64,000 bases of DNA, from positions 72,751 through 136,750 of the forward strand of contig JAEOTO010000006.1 in the NCBI GenBank assembly GCA_016839805.1, written 5' to 3'. How positions within the stretch are numbered: the stretch's first letter is position 1; each line of letters starts with the position of its first letter. Below the pieces are notes generated by a model. That model searched no databases. It was not told where the DNA came from and was given only the letters and a program-made list of their open reading frames with translations. The position numbers and the translations under genes are program-made. This stretch comes from Candidatus Hermodarchaeota archaeon (GTDB taxonomy: Archaea > Asgardarchaeota > Hermodarchaeia > Hermodarchaeales > Hermodarchaeaceae). Positions 28,701 to 38,932 of this stretch are shown here, in pieces.

Positions 28701-31159
28701 AACTGATCTTTAATTTGAATAGTCTGTTGATTTTGTATTTTGGTAACTTCTTTCCGGGTCTGTGATAACGCCGAGTCTGACTGTTTCTGAAATTGAGTAT
28801 TTTGTGTTGTTATGAAATCTTGAATTGTTGCTGTGATGGCATTCAGCTGTGCCCCCAAGGCTTTGGTCAGTGAAGTATTGATAATTTCAAGCTGTTTGGG
28901 TGTAACATGTTCATTGAGAGTGGATTTCGCGGTAGTCATTGCCTGAGTTTCGAGGATTGCCTGATTTTCATCAATTGTGTTTTGATACTTGTTTAATGCA
29001 GCCAGAGCATATTCAGGTATTACCTCTTGAAGTGAGATTGCTAAACCAGTAATTATTTTCTGATCTCTTTTTATTAGTTGGGTCGAGTGTGACCTAAGTG
29101 CTCGATTAACTGCGTTATTCCGCTTTTTCTGAATTTTTTTGCTTGACAGCGAATAACCTGTGGTTGCTGTATTGATCTTGATTGCCTGCTCTTCTCGCAG
29201 TCGATCCGCTGTGTTTTCTATGCCTTCAGAATATTGTTTAATGATGTTTTGAAGTTGAGTGAATTCCTGGCGTAATTCCGAGCTTGTTTCCTTAGTCATC
29301 TTCTTCAAAGCGGCTTGGAATGCCTGTAATTGTCTCTCAATATCCTTCTGACGCTTAGTAGCTTTCGCGATATTTTCTTGTGCAGCTTGTTTTACTGAGT
29401 CTCTAGTACGATTAATCCGCTCTTCAGCATATTGACCGATTTGCTCTTCCGTAGTTGCTAACGTATTTAGCACAATACCAATTTGTTGTTTAAGCAGATT
29501 TTCGGTCCGTTTACAAAAGGTACGTGTTTGTTCTTCTTGGAGGGCGATTTTGGATTGGAAATCAGAAAGAAAGGCGTTTGCAGTGTTTAGGATAGTAGTT
29601 AATCGTCTTTTCAGACGTGTTCCAACTTGGTTGGCTATGGACTCAAAATTTCCAGGCAGGGTGGTCTTTTGTTTTTTGAGATCTTTAATGAGCGTTTGGC
29701 TGAGAGTATTTAATTCGAGCAGTTGGGCGAGATATGTATCCCGCATTTCAACTCCCAGTCCCTCACTGGCGGCTTCGAGAAGGCGCTCGTGATCGGTTTT
29801 AACTTGTTCTGTAAGTGTGTTCAAATCGGATTGAATTTTAGAAAACTGTGAAAAAGGTAAAGCCGTCGGAGGCCACTGTGAGATGGTACTTTCAACCTCT
29901 TTTTGTAACCGCTTATATTCCTGGCTACCTGTTTCAAGGGACTTTTGTAGATCTTGGATGAGGGTTTCGGTAATTTGGGTTAAATTTTCACGTGCAACTT
30001 TTATTATTGAATCCATATCAGCTGCAATTTTGTCACTGTTCTTTTGCTGTCGCCGGGTCTCTTTCTGAAGGAGCTTCTCAATGCGAGATAACATTTCATC
30101 TATGGATTGCGTTCGTTGTGTCCAGGTTTCACGAATTTGTGATTTGGCGTCCTTATTCTGTTTAAAGAGAATTTGTTTGATTTCCTTTTGAAGTGTGTTG
30201 ATATCCTCTTGCGTTTCTTGAGTGAAAGTTTCGAGGTTGGTGTTAATGGTGGCGGTTGTCTCTTCGGCAATTTCTGAGATTCCTTCTTTTTCTGATGTAA
30301 TTTCAGTTGTTAGGGTTTTAACACTTGAATCGATGTTTCGCTTTTGTAAAGAATTCGCCTCTTCAAGATGTGTTTTAATCTGCTGTGTAAGTGTGTCTGA
30401 CTGATCAAGTAAACGACCGGCAATTGTTGTTAACCATTGTTCAGCTTCTTCTTCATGAGCCTCTAGCCCCTTGTTTACATCTGCTAAGGCAAGATTCTGA
30501 GTCTCATCTATTTGGCTAACTCCTTCTGCAATAGACTTTTTGAGTGATTGTTGAAGAGTAGTGATCGACTTAGAAAATCCATCTACAGTTGAAGTGGATA
30601 GGTTAGTCAAAGATTTCTGCAAATTCTCAGCGACGTTATTCAATACAATATTCGTCGCCATGGCTGCCTCACTTAGGGCTATTCCCTGCCGCTCTAGATT
30701 GTCTACAGCCGTTTTAGTCTGTCTAGTCATTGATTGTAGTTCATGATGAATTTTATCCATTGTCTTATTCTGAAGTTTTTGCAGTTCCTTCCAAGAGGCT
30801 TGAGTCTCTTTTGTGAAGGCTTTTACTTCAGCAGATAATTCCCTGTAGGGTGCATAGGCCTGGTATCGAGTTACAACACCGGGTAAGGGTTTCACGAGCT
30901 CTCTTTTCTTCAGCATTTCAAGGACAGTCTGAACCTTTACAAAAGTAACACCTGAATACCGACTAATTTCATCAGGAGTTAATTGCCTCATAACCAGCAA
31001 AGCGATATAAACACGACTCTGAGACTCGGTGAGCTTAAACCGAGCCCGAACTGCTTTGAATAGATCTGGGGAAATCTCAAAAGCCGTAGGACCTTGGAGA
31101 GGGGCAAATTCTCCGCTTTTAGAAGTGGGGGGTTTGGAATCATCTTTTTGTGGTGTCAT
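25781..31159 (-). CDS. giant TrmB-like wHTH / coiled-coil / PLD-fold-like effector-domain protein
   Basis: FKLTESQSRVYIALL...LTPDEISRYSG...LKKRELV...RYQAYAP (TrmB HTH); about 1500 aa of Q/T/E/K/L heptads; C-terminal RTWRIVS.EGI..HL.DM...RDGEEVLIA. Confidence 0.8.
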   Translation of the reverse strand: MTPQKDDSKPPTSKSGEFAPLQGPTAFEISPDLFKAVRARFKLTESQSRVYIALLVMRQLTPDEISRYSGVTFVKVQTVLEMLKKRELVKPLPGVVTRYQAYAPYRELSAEVKAFTKETQASWKELQKLQNKTMDKIHHELQSMTRQTKTAVDNLERQGIALSEAAMATNIVLNNVAENLQKSLTNLSTSTVDGFSKSITTLQQSLKKSIAEGVSQIDETQNLALADVNKGLEAHEEEAEQWLTTIAGRLLDQSDTLTQQIKTHLEEANSLQKRNIDSSVKTLTTEITSEKEGISEIAEETTATINTNLETFTQETQEDINTLQKEIKQILFKQNKDAKSQIRETWTQRTQSIDEMLSRIEKLLQKETRRQQKNSDKIAADMDSIIKVARENLTQITETLIQDLQKSLETGSQEYKRLQKEVESTISQWPPTALPFSQFSKIQSDLNTLTEQVKTDHERLLEAASEGLGVEMRDTYLAQLLELNTLSQTLIKDLKKQKTTLPGNFESIANQVGTRLKRRLTTILNTANAFLSDFQSKIALQEEQTRTFCKRTENLLKQQIGIVLNTLATTEEQIGQYAEERINRTRDSVKQAAQENIAKATKRQKDIERQLQAFQAALKKMTKETSSELRQEFTQLQNIIKQYSEGIENTADRLREEQAIKINTATTGYSLSSKKIQKKRNNAVNRALRSHSTQLIKRDQKIITGLAISLQEVIPEYALAALNKYQNTIDENQAILETQAMTTAKSTLNEHVTPKQLEIINTSLTKALGAQLNAITATIQDFITTQNTQFQKQSDSALSQTRKEVTKIQNQQTIQIKDQFEKEFKTQINAIFRNCKARLTRQTNRESQIDELFQATTSQILKLPTTLKRESKVVRTKIRQELETILIEFGKQLKNQTLRDKQITAILKSTQDKLTQFPQELLSKTLAQNLNSQVNNFESSLMKFQSLLGNKLKAYGESINTETQSFHKKLLKVNYAKGLETALSKILKNATSSAIKTYQDTLIINREELENQAQSAFQTILENRLQNQLQRTLQEYLTTEAPEIKPLLDKFKTKLNETIDIYDNEAKTLVDKHWLPLTQIIDEYTNTVVSNLNALSTASGTAVDQATVNVTTSLTNYSDDANNLLTATAQAFDREKTGFNEQIIQGINEMQEDCLAQLQETQTLLEVLGNDITAQKNTSSQKMETMTGKIESLTLANLAAIRETADSFVESLQRELEEQEERVENLRKSIHDMILQQSTNVIDTLTGIQTKLEEFTQNQIPKAQNIIEEIGLTCAEKIDEQRAAIDKHLDTYTNALSEETENYITNLQEEIVQLQTVASKLVEKVKLTGATIDTELQQAIEVNRVQKLTAIDEMQNSLSKEVTTTFQNFVEYINTSQTKLLSTLTQEAEEGKEALDLSNTQIDTALDEILDQTEFKSTEINQNLQTSLTSKTGTFATQIQTNLSSISDKVNTTSEQLIQKLTSMFTDSQTELNRILSETSQVIEEDNLKARTGFGQEIEKTLQSFKQTIDLTKTRLIRAIQDSLRHIRETMHTFEESASIDVQQKNETLIATTKQIIDTAKESLVTQTQQTGRRISQTLSKERQTLKTEYQTLAKEITTRAKTAETTSINTLQLFSQKTEPILDRLRNQATSTENILTGLWETLLSLEPSEAERTWRIVSCEGIQNHLLDMFRRVSNTITLVYPSFDEVPVVELSKVQPQTRIHVITTLDGEKQRTNARKLLQQGNIRIWNNPNMEFYGGSRDGEEVLIAPTYGNQGETVAVVSDQPSYIALFNQTLGPRWISASEEILLRK

Positions 31160-31278
31160 ATCTCTTCACCAATCCAATCTCACGGTTACTTACGTAGGAT
31201 TATTTTGGACTTGACTGCTGCGACGCTAATGTTTCTCTTCACCAGCTATAAGGGTGCCGCGTCGAAAGTCAAAGGAAT

Positions 31279-32442
31279 CTAGAATTTTTCCTTGAGTAGT
31301 TGCTCTTGGGCTGCTAAAACACCAGAACCGATTGGCACCTCATATCCTAAGCGTTTCAATACAATTTCGATGATTGCTATAGTTGCAAGCACGTCGCGTT
31401 CAGTACAGACGTTCATATGGTTTGTTCGCCAAATCTTCCCTTTCACTGGTCCTTGTCCACCAGCAATTAGGATTCCTAAATTGCGTACTTGCGCCCGAAA
31501 TTCTTTGTCAGTAATCCCTGAAGGATATTTAACAGCAGTAACGGTATTCGAATAATGAGCTGGGTCTGCTAACAAATCCAGACCCATACCTAGATAACCT
31601 GCACGAGTGATTCGTCCAAGTCGATGATGTCGCTCAATTCGCTGCTCATAACCTTCTTCAAACATGATTATTAAGGATTCACGTAAGCCATACATAAGGC
31701 TGACAGCAGAGGTGAAGGGGGAATCTCCAAATCCGTCATAGCGTTTCTTAGCTTTAAGTAAATCAAGATAATAGGTTGGATTACGTTGTTTACGGGTTTC
31801 TATCTTCTTCCACGCCCGAGATCCGACCCAAATCATACCCAGTCCTGGTGGCACTCCAAGACATTTTTGACTGCCTGTAACAAGCATATCGAAGTTCCAC
31901 TTATCAGGATATACGTAATCTCCTCCAACGGACGTGATACCGTCCACAATAAAAAGCCGATCATAATCTCGGACGATTTGTCCAATTTCCTTGGCAGGAT
32001 TAAGGACTCCTGTTGATGTTTCATTATGGCAGATAGTTACGGCGCGGATACTCTGATCGGATGCCAATGATTCACGTATGGCGTCAGGTTCTGCTGCTTG
32101 ACCATAAGCAAATTCTTGCACCAAAGATTGTGCACCAAATGCTGTGGTGAGTTCCGACCAACGTTCACTAAACTTGCCATTAACCACATTTAGGACTTTT
32201 TCACCAGGTTCAATAGCGTTTGCTGTTGCTGCTTCCATTGCTGCTGTTCCTGAGCCAGCGAAAATCAAGACGTCTTGTTCGGTATGAAGTAATCGTTGTA
32301 AGAGGGCAACCGTTTCTTTATACGTAGTCTGGTACTCCTTGGTTCTATGACCATATAATACTCGGGACATAGCCCGGTATACTCGTGGGTGAACTGGAAC
32401 AGGTCCAGGAATCATCAACGTCGTGAGCTCTTCATCGTACAT
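31279..32442 (-). CDS. class V aminotransferase (serine/alanine-glyoxylate type)
   Basis: LMIPGP, GSGTAAMEA, HNETSTGVLN, VDGITS, GSQKCLGVPPG. Confidence 0.93.
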   Translation of the reverse strand: MYDEELTTLMIPGPVPVHPRVYRAMSRVLYGHRTKEYQTTYKETVALLQRLLHTEQDVLIFAGSGTAAMEAATANAIEPGEKVLNVVNGKFSERWSELTTAFGAQSLVQEFAYGQAAEPDAIRESLASDQSIRAVTICHNETSTGVLNPAKEIGQIVRDYDRLFIVDGITSVGGDYVYPDKWNFDMLVTGSQKCLGVPPGLGMIWVGSRAWKKIETRKQRNPTYYLDLLKAKKRYDGFGDSPFTSAVSLMYGLRESLIIMFEEGYEQRIERHHRLGRITRAGYLGMGLDLLADPAHYSNTVTAVKYPSGITDKEFRAQVRNLGILIAGGQGPVKGKIWRTNHMNVCTERDVLATIAIIEIVLKRLGYEVPIGSGVLAAQEQLLKEKF

Positions 32443-32548
32443 GCTTAAACAGCACCAATTCGTTTTAATGCCCCAGCAGAACTAACAACGCTATAAGCCT
32501 TTGCGTCAGGAAAACGTCCCGAAATATAAGATTCTATCGAACTAGAAA

Positions 32549-34207
32549 TTACGCCGGGAAGTGTCGGTACTTCAAGTACGATAAAGCTTCATAGAAGTAT
32601 TTTCCACCAAAAATACCACTCGTTTTGAGTCCCCCAAGGTGTGGATAAAAGGTATCGAAGTGAAGATGATCTGTATTAATTGCTACACCCGGTGCCTCGA
32701 TTTCATCAAAAAAGCGTTGCCAAATTTCAGGATTTTCACTGTAAACAGAAGTCCGCATCCCATAAGGAGAGTTATTAGCTTGGTTAATAGCCTGATCAAA
32801 TGAATGAACCTTCATAATGGGCAAGACCGGACCAAAAGTCTCTTGATACCACATTTGGCAATCAAGAGGAACCTCACTTAGAACGGTTGGCTTGAAAAAC
32901 AATCCCGCATCATCACGTTCACCATGAACGTTGATACGGTATCCACCGGATTCAATTTTTGCTCCTTTTCTCACTGCCTCCTTTGTCATATCAATTATTT
33001 GATACAGCGCTCGGCTACCCATGATTGGAAGATCTGTCTCTGGATCTACTGGAACTCCGGGTTTCAATTTTTCACTCTGTTCAACTAATGCAAGAATGAA
33101 ATCATTATAAATGGCCTCATGAAGAAAAAGTCGTTTTGCAGCCAGGCAAATCTGTCCGGAACCAAAGAAGCGGGCATGACTAACGAAAGCTGCAACTTTC
33201 TCAATATTCACATCCTTCCAAACTAGGCTCGCTCCACTTCCAGCGAGTTCAGGTACGAAGTGTTTTCCTTGTCTTATCGCTTGAGCCATTAGCTCTAGAC
33301 CAATTTTCGAATCACCGTAATATGTCATTGCATTAAGCGGCGATTCATTGACCATATAATTTGCTATGGGTCGGGCAGGACCGATCACTGCTTGGAAAGC
33401 ACTAATTGGAAAATCTAGAGAGTCCATAGCATCTCGAAGAACATATGCTAATTCCATGTTGGTGAGGGGCATTCGAGTCGGTGTACGTGTTACGTTAGCA
33501 TTTCCAGCATAATATGAACTGAGAATCGCTGTAAATCCTAGACCTAAAGCAGCATTATAAGGTGGGAAAATACCAACTGCGCCAAAAGGGTATCTAGTCA
33601 AAATAGTCCTTTCCCCCTCAACAGAACACAGTATTTCCTTATGCTCTAAACGCTCTGTAATAAAATCCGCCTTTTCTTTACACAGAGTATCAAACGCTTT
33701 CTTGGTCTGCCAATCGAAGAGCTTCACAGGCGTTCCCTCCGCGATAGCAATTTTCTTAAATTCGTCATAATGGTTCCACATGAAATCGCTCAAAGAAAGA
33801 ATGCTTTTCATTCGATCTCCGAGCGTCAACCCTTTTCCATTTTCGAATAATTCGCGATGCATTAAATGACGAATTTTCGCCGCTTCTTCACACGCGATAG
33901 CTGCTTCTTTCACTCCACCAATAGCATATTCAGCAAAAATTAGTTCATCCATTTCATCCTTTGTCGCTTCCGGAAATCCATGTACTCGAATATAATCCTT
34001 CAATAAACGTATTTCCGGTGATTTTTCAGGTAAACCACGAGTGAAGTATCGTGCAGCAAACCGTCTAAGGGAACCCTGTCCACGCAATGCCATGGCAAAT
34101 AGAATTCGTGGATTATTGATCGCTTCATTCATGTCTGGAAATATGCCAGTTCGTCCCTGTTGGGGTTGTGTAATTTTACCTTTAATTAGATGCCCGAAGA
34201 ACCGCAT
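32549..34207 (-). CDS. divergent aldehyde dehydrogenase family protein
   Basis: RYPFGAVG, ELAG, SGQICLA (catalytic Cys), ETFGPVLP, ANNSPYG, GGLKTSG. Confidence 0.88.
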   Translation of the reverse strand: MRFFGHLIKGKITQPQQGRTGIFPDMNEAINNPRILFAMALRGQGSLRRFAARYFTRGLPEKSPEIRLLKDYIRVHGFPEATKDEMDELIFAEYAIGGVKEAAIACEEAAKIRHLMHRELFENGKGLTLGDRMKSILSLSDFMWNHYDEFKKIAIAEGTPVKLFDWQTKKAFDTLCKEKADFITERLEHKEILCSVEGERTILTRYPFGAVGIFPPYNAALGLGFTAILSSYYAGNANVTRTPTRMPLTNMELAYVLRDAMDSLDFPISAFQAVIGPARPIANYMVNESPLNAMTYYGDSKIGLELMAQAIRQGKHFVPELAGSGASLVWKDVNIEKVAAFVSHARFFGSGQICLAAKRLFLHEAIYNDFILALVEQSEKLKPGVPVDPETDLPIMGSRALYQIIDMTKEAVRKGAKIESGGYRINVHGERDDAGLFFKPTVLSEVPLDCQMWYQETFGPVLPIMKVHSFDQAINQANNSPYGMRTSVYSENPEIWQRFFDEIEAPGVAINTDHLHFDTFYPHLGGLKTSGIFGGKYFYEALSYLKYRHFPA

Positions 34208-34391
34208 CGTCTATCACTTCAATTTAATAGTGTTTTTTCTGGTATCTTTGATGTGTTTAAGGGCACTTACTCTTATGCGTATCACTTGGTCAAACACTCT
34301 ATTCTGATAAAAATCACTAAATTATAGAACAAGATCAATCTCTAAAGTCTAAGGGACGCTTCAACTAGACTCCTCGGGTGGAAAATAAGCG

Positions 34392-36422
34392 ATGACTCTC
34401 ATTAATGATGATGAATTAATCTATACACAAGATGAACTCACCTTCCGCCGGCAAATTCGCGAATTTGTAGAGCGTGAGATTAAGCCGATGAAGCTCAAGA
34501 TTGAAACACGCGATTTTAACCATCGGTCCTTTTTCAAGAAACTTGCAGCCGCTGGATTGTCTGGGTTACTCATCCCAGAAGCGTATGGCGGTTCAAACAA
34601 ACCCTTTATGTATCAACTTATTGCAGGTGAAGAACTCTCGACAGTGTCTCCCTCTGCAACGATGATGTTTGGGGCCAGCTGCACTCTAAGTGCGATACCC
34701 ATCTTAAGATTCGGCACCGAGGAACAAAAAAAGAAATACCTTGCTCCATTAGCCAAAGGGGATAAAATCGGGGCTCTAGCTATCACGGAACCCTCTGTGG
34801 GGAGCGATACAGCTGGTATGGAAACTAATGCAGTCTGGAATAGTAAAGACCAATGCTGGGTACTCAATGGTGAAAAACGTTACATTACTAATGGGAGTAT
34901 TGCTGACCAAATTGTTGTCTTCGCGATAACAGATCTCACAGTAGATAGTAAAAGTGGGATGTCTGCGTTTATCATTGAAACCTCATGGAAAGGATTCTCT
35001 GTTGAACGCGATTTCTCATTAATGGGGCGCGGTGGAGTTCACGCTTCTCATATTAAATTTAGAAATATGAAAGTGCCCAAAAACAATCTGTTAGGAAAAG
35101 TCAACCAAGGTTTTCTAATTTTAATGGATGAATTAGATTCTGAACGAATTGGCATTGCCGCAGAAGCATTAGGATGCATGCGACCATCATTTGAAATTGC
35201 AGTTGACTATTCACAGCAACGCATTCAGTTTGATCAACCCATTTCTAGGTTTGAAGGTGTATCATTCAAAATCGCCGATATGGCTACCAAGATGCGTGCC
35301 GCCCGACTACTCGTAGTGACCGCAGCACGAATGATGGACAAAGGGCTTCCTTGTACCAAAGAAGCGACAATGGCGAAACTTTATGCAACTGAAGCATCAG
35401 TCGAAGTCTGTGATTTAGCCATTCAAATCTGCGGAGGGGCAGGTTATGTCAAAGACTTCTTCCCTCTCGAACAATTTTACCGCGACGCCCGACTAGGCAC
35501 CATCGGCGGTGGCACATCAGAAATCATGCGCTTCCTCATCCAACGAGAGGTCTACATTGAACATAAAAGAGCCAAAGCCCAAGAGCACACTCTACCAGAT
35601 ATCGAAACTATTGATTTCGATATGCTCATGACCGCTATCCCCAATGGATTCCGACCCGAACGCGCAGAAGGCATAACAGCCCAGATTCAATTTCTCTTCA
35701 CCAACGAGGATACCTGGTTGCTTTCAATCAAAGACCAAAAATGTACAATCACCAAGAAACGGATCAAGCAGCCTACGATGACCATAGAAACCGATTCAAC
35801 AACATGGAAACGCATTCTACTGGGTCGGCTCGATGCCATGCAAGCAATGACGGCAAAAAAAGTCACTATTGATACCGATAACATGGACTTACTCCTCAGA
35901 TTCGCTCGAATGTTTCGCTTCACTTCCGAAATTCTAACGGGGTATCAAATTACCCATGAACCTTCTAGGAAGACACCAATCAAAGACGCTCCCAAATTTC
36001 AACTCGGTAAAAGCCTTGACGAAATCAAAATAGGTGAAACCGCCAAAGGTTCCATGAAGGTAACCGAAGACCACATTCAGTGGTATGCAAAAATGTCTGG
36101 CGATTATAATCCCCTACACATGGATGACGAGTATGCCGCAACAACTATCTTTGGCCGTCGCATCGCCCATGGTCCCATTGGGGGAGCCTTAGTCGCTCGA
36201 GTAATTGGAATGCAATTACCGGGACTAGGCACTTTAGCCTTCAATATGAAGGTGACATTCACAGCCCCTGTTTACCCCGATGATGAACTCACTGCAACCA
36301 TTGAAGCAACTGAAAAAGTACCTGAGAAGAACCTCCTTCGGCTTAGCTTCACCGTTGAAAATCAAGAGGGACAAGAAGTTATGAATGGTTATGCCAACGT
36401 TCTTCCTCCAATTAATAAATGA
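34392..36422 (+). CDS. acyl-CoA dehydrogenase - SCP2 - MaoC dehydratase fusion
   Basis: ITEPSVGSD, LNGEKRYITNG, R.QF..PI..F, QICGGAGY, YRDAR; SCP2-like F.PERA.G....IQF; MaoC SGDYNPLH...IAHG. Confidence 0.9.
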   Translation: MTLINDDELIYTQDELTFRRQIREFVEREIKPMKLKIETRDFNHRSFFKKLAAAGLSGLLIPEAYGGSNKPFMYQLIAGEELSTVSPSATMMFGASCTLSAIPILRFGTEEQKKKYLAPLAKGDKIGALAITEPSVGSDTAGMETNAVWNSKDQCWVLNGEKRYITNGSIADQIVVFAITDLTVDSKSGMSAFIIETSWKGFSVERDFSLMGRGGVHASHIKFRNMKVPKNNLLGKVNQGFLILMDELDSERIGIAAEALGCMRPSFEIAVDYSQQRIQFDQPISRFEGVSFKIADMATKMRAARLLVVTAARMMDKGLPCTKEATMAKLYATEASVEVCDLAIQICGGAGYVKDFFPLEQFYRDARLGTIGGGTSEIMRFLIQREVYIEHKRAKAQEHTLPDIETIDFDMLMTAIPNGFRPERAEGITAQIQFLFTNEDTWLLSIKDQKCTITKKRIKQPTMTIETDSTTWKRILLGRLDAMQAMTAKKVTIDTDNMDLLLRFARMFRFTSEILTGYQITHEPSRKTPIKDAPKFQLGKSLDEIKIGETAKGSMKVTEDHIQWYAKMSGDYNPLHMDDEYAATTIFGRRIAHGPIGGALVARVIGMQLPGLGTLAFNMKVTFTAPVYPDDELTATIEATEKVPEKNLLRLSFTVENQEGQEVMNGYANVLPPINK

Positions 36423-36574
36423 GAAAGGAAGGGAGCTAGAATTCACAAATTCTCCTCAAGATCCAATACGCCTTATTCCTAGATTCTTCCTTTACCTCAT
36501 CTTTTGCAATGTTTTATCAAGGTAAACTCTAATAGCAATCAAAACGATTGTGATAATAGTTCGGTGCACAATTC

Positions 36575-37648
36575 ATGCCAAAATCCTCAAATTCTAACGA
36601 AATCAAGCCGACTTCAACAAAACCAGAGATCTCAGCAGTATCTCAAGAGAATAGTGCCACTAATACCCTCACAGTTTCGGAAGGTCTTTCAGAAAATGGA
36701 GAACTCTCAACCAGGTTAGAAATGATAAAGCAAGAAATCCAGCAATATTTGGAAACAGACAAAGGTCAACCATTAGTTCTCTATGAAGCAGCTCATCATT
36801 TAATTCAGGGAGGTGGCAAGCATATTCGGTCACTACTAACTCTTCTCTGTTGTGAAGCTGTTAATGGCGACATCGATAAGGCGTTAAAAGCCGCTTTAGC
36901 TGCCGAATTACTACAAACAGCCAGCCTAATTCATGATGACATAATTGATGATGATCAATATCGTCGAGGGGTTCAATCTGTGCACCGACAATATGGGCGA
37001 GACATCGCCCTACTAGCTGGTGACCTGTTAATCGCTCAAGCTGTTCGAGTAATAGCTGAAATTGGAGTACCTGAACTCGTCGTACAAATGGCGATTGGTG
37101 GAGTAAGGATGTGTGAAGGGGAGGCTGCAGATCTCAATATGAATGCGGCAGATCAAATCACTTTCACTGAAAACCACTATTTACGCATGGTTGAGAACAA
37201 AACTGTTGCTTTCATGAAGCAAGCTGCGATAATTGGAGCTTTGGTTGGTGGTGCTACCACTTCCCAAATTCAAGCCCTCACCTCATACGCTGAAGGATTG
37301 GGCTATGTATTTCAACTCCGTGATGATATTCTTGATATCAAAACAACTCCAGAAATCGCTCAAAAGACGACACACTCAGATATTCGACTGAAACGCGGCA
37401 ATCTTCCACTTATTCATGCCCTCGAAGTTGCACAAGAAGCTGAACGAAAACGTTGTCTTGTAGCCTTAGAAGCAGGTGACTTTACTCCAGTTCTTGAGTT
37501 AATCAAAAAAACCAAATCTATTGATTACACTTTTGATGTAGCAAAAAAATTCAATGAAAAAGCCATCAATATGCTTGGAGGGCAGGGATTCAGCAAAGAA
37601 GAATTATTGGTACAACTAGCTAATTATGCTCTTCTACGTAAACATTAA
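36575..37648 (+). CDS. polyprenyl (geranylgeranyl) diphosphate synthase
   Basis: GGKHIR, SLIHDDIIDDDQYRRG, AGDLL, KT, FQLRDDILD. Confidence 0.93.
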   Translation: MPKSSNSNEIKPTSTKPEISAVSQENSATNTLTVSEGLSENGELSTRLEMIKQEIQQYLETDKGQPLVLYEAAHHLIQGGGKHIRSLLTLLCCEAVNGDIDKALKAALAAELLQTASLIHDDIIDDDQYRRGVQSVHRQYGRDIALLAGDLLIAQAVRVIAEIGVPELVVQMAIGGVRMCEGEAADLNMNAADQITFTENHYLRMVENKTVAFMKQAAIIGALVGGATTSQIQALTSYAEGLGYVFQLRDDILDIKTTPEIAQKTTHSDIRLKRGNLPLIHALEVAQEAERKRCLVALEAGDFTPVLELIKKTKSIDYTFDVAKKFNEKAINMLGGQGFSKEELLVQLANYALLRKH

Positions 37649-37700
37649 TTTTCCATAATTAGTTTCATTCATAGAGTCATCATTTCGGGAGCTCCTCGCG

Positions 37701-38909
37701 ATGGTTTATGACGTAATTATCGCAGGGTCAGGACCTGCTGGATCAATGGCTGCGTTTGTCTGTGCTAAAGCAGGTCTTGAAGTGCTCTTAATTGACAAGG
37801 TTCGATTTCCACGGAATAAACCCTGTGGGGGGGCTCTTTCCGTTCGATCTCAACAGGTCTTACAATCTGTAGGAATCTCCTTACCACCTGAAATCATTGA
37901 TCAAGTAATTTCAGGAATTGAATTTATGGGACCAGATTTGAAACCCTTTGTGGCGCGTACTACTCAACCCCTTGCAAAGATTGTCAGGAGATCTCTTTTT
38001 GACGATTATCTAGCGAGGCAAGCAGCTGCCGCAGGAGCCCAATTTATTGATAACTGTCCTGTGGTCCGACTTGAAACATCTACTGATGGAGTTGTGTGTC
38101 ACACAAACCAAGGAAAATTTAGCGGCCAACTTCTCATTGGAGCAGATGGAGCGGCAAGTAGGGTTGCGCGCATAACAGGACTTCGTGGTCCGGAAAAATC
38201 AGATGAAATCGGCATAGCACTTGAGGTAGATGTTCCCTTATCAGACCAAGTCTGGAATACGTTTCTTAATCCATCGATTCTCGTTGTATGGATGCTTAAC
38301 ATCCCTTATGGTTATTTCTGGGCCTTTCCAAGAAAAATGAGTCTTTCATTGGGTCTTGGTGGTATGGCAACCGGGTTCAAAAATATGAGAAATTTACTAA
38401 AAGGGATTGCCCAAATGTTTACTACGCAAAAAGGATTACCATCTTTTGCTCTTCATGGCATTCGAGGGCATATGTTACCCCTCTTTAAACACCAAAGACC
38501 TATTACCTCGAACCGTGTGCTTCTTACAGGGGATGCAGCTGGATTTGTCGATACATTCTCTGGACAAGGAATCTATTATGCCCTGGAAAGTGGCTTGCTC
38601 GCTGCCCAAGCAGTAATTAACGTTATTAAACAGAATCAAGATCCTAGCAAGTCGCTTGATCAGTATTCACAACTGGTGCAACTACGGTTTGGAGAAGAAC
38701 TCCGCTGCAGCTATTCTGTTGCACGTTTTATCCATTCACGTGTCCATGGATTTATACAGACAGGTCGACGTTTGAAATCTTTTGGCAAAGTCATTTTTGA
38801 TTTAGCAAGTGGAAACACCGATTACTATCAAATAATTCATAATCCACTGCGTTTCAGTGTATCATTGTTCGTACATGAACTGCAACACCGAATACATCGA
38901 CGGACATAA
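37701..38909 (+). CDS. geranylgeranyl reductase family FAD oxidoreductase
   Basis: GSGPAGS, PRNKPCGG, GADG..S, GYFWAFP, GDAAG...SGQGI. Confidence 0.9.
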   Translation: MVYDVIIAGSGPAGSMAAFVCAKAGLEVLLIDKVRFPRNKPCGGALSVRSQQVLQSVGISLPPEIIDQVISGIEFMGPDLKPFVARTTQPLAKIVRRSLFDDYLARQAAAAGAQFIDNCPVVRLETSTDGVVCHTNQGKFSGQLLIGADGAASRVARITGLRGPEKSDEIGIALEVDVPLSDQVWNTFLNPSILVVWMLNIPYGYFWAFPRKMSLSLGLGGMATGFKNMRNLLKGIAQMFTTQKGLPSFALHGIRGHMLPLFKHQRPITSNRVLLTGDAAGFVDTFSGQGIYYALESGLLAAQAVINVIKQNQDPSKSLDQYSQLVQLRFGEELRCSYSVARFIHSRVHGFIQTGRRLKSFGKVIFDLASGNTDYYQIIHNPLRFSVSLFVHELQHRIHRRT

Positions 38910-38932
38910 GTGAAGAAGTTCCAAACCATCTA

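Noticed and set aside
25781-31159. SMC/Rad50 or chemoreceptor assignment for the giant coiled coil
   Set aside because: No Walker A/B, signature, hinge, zinc-hook or MCP hairpin motif seen.
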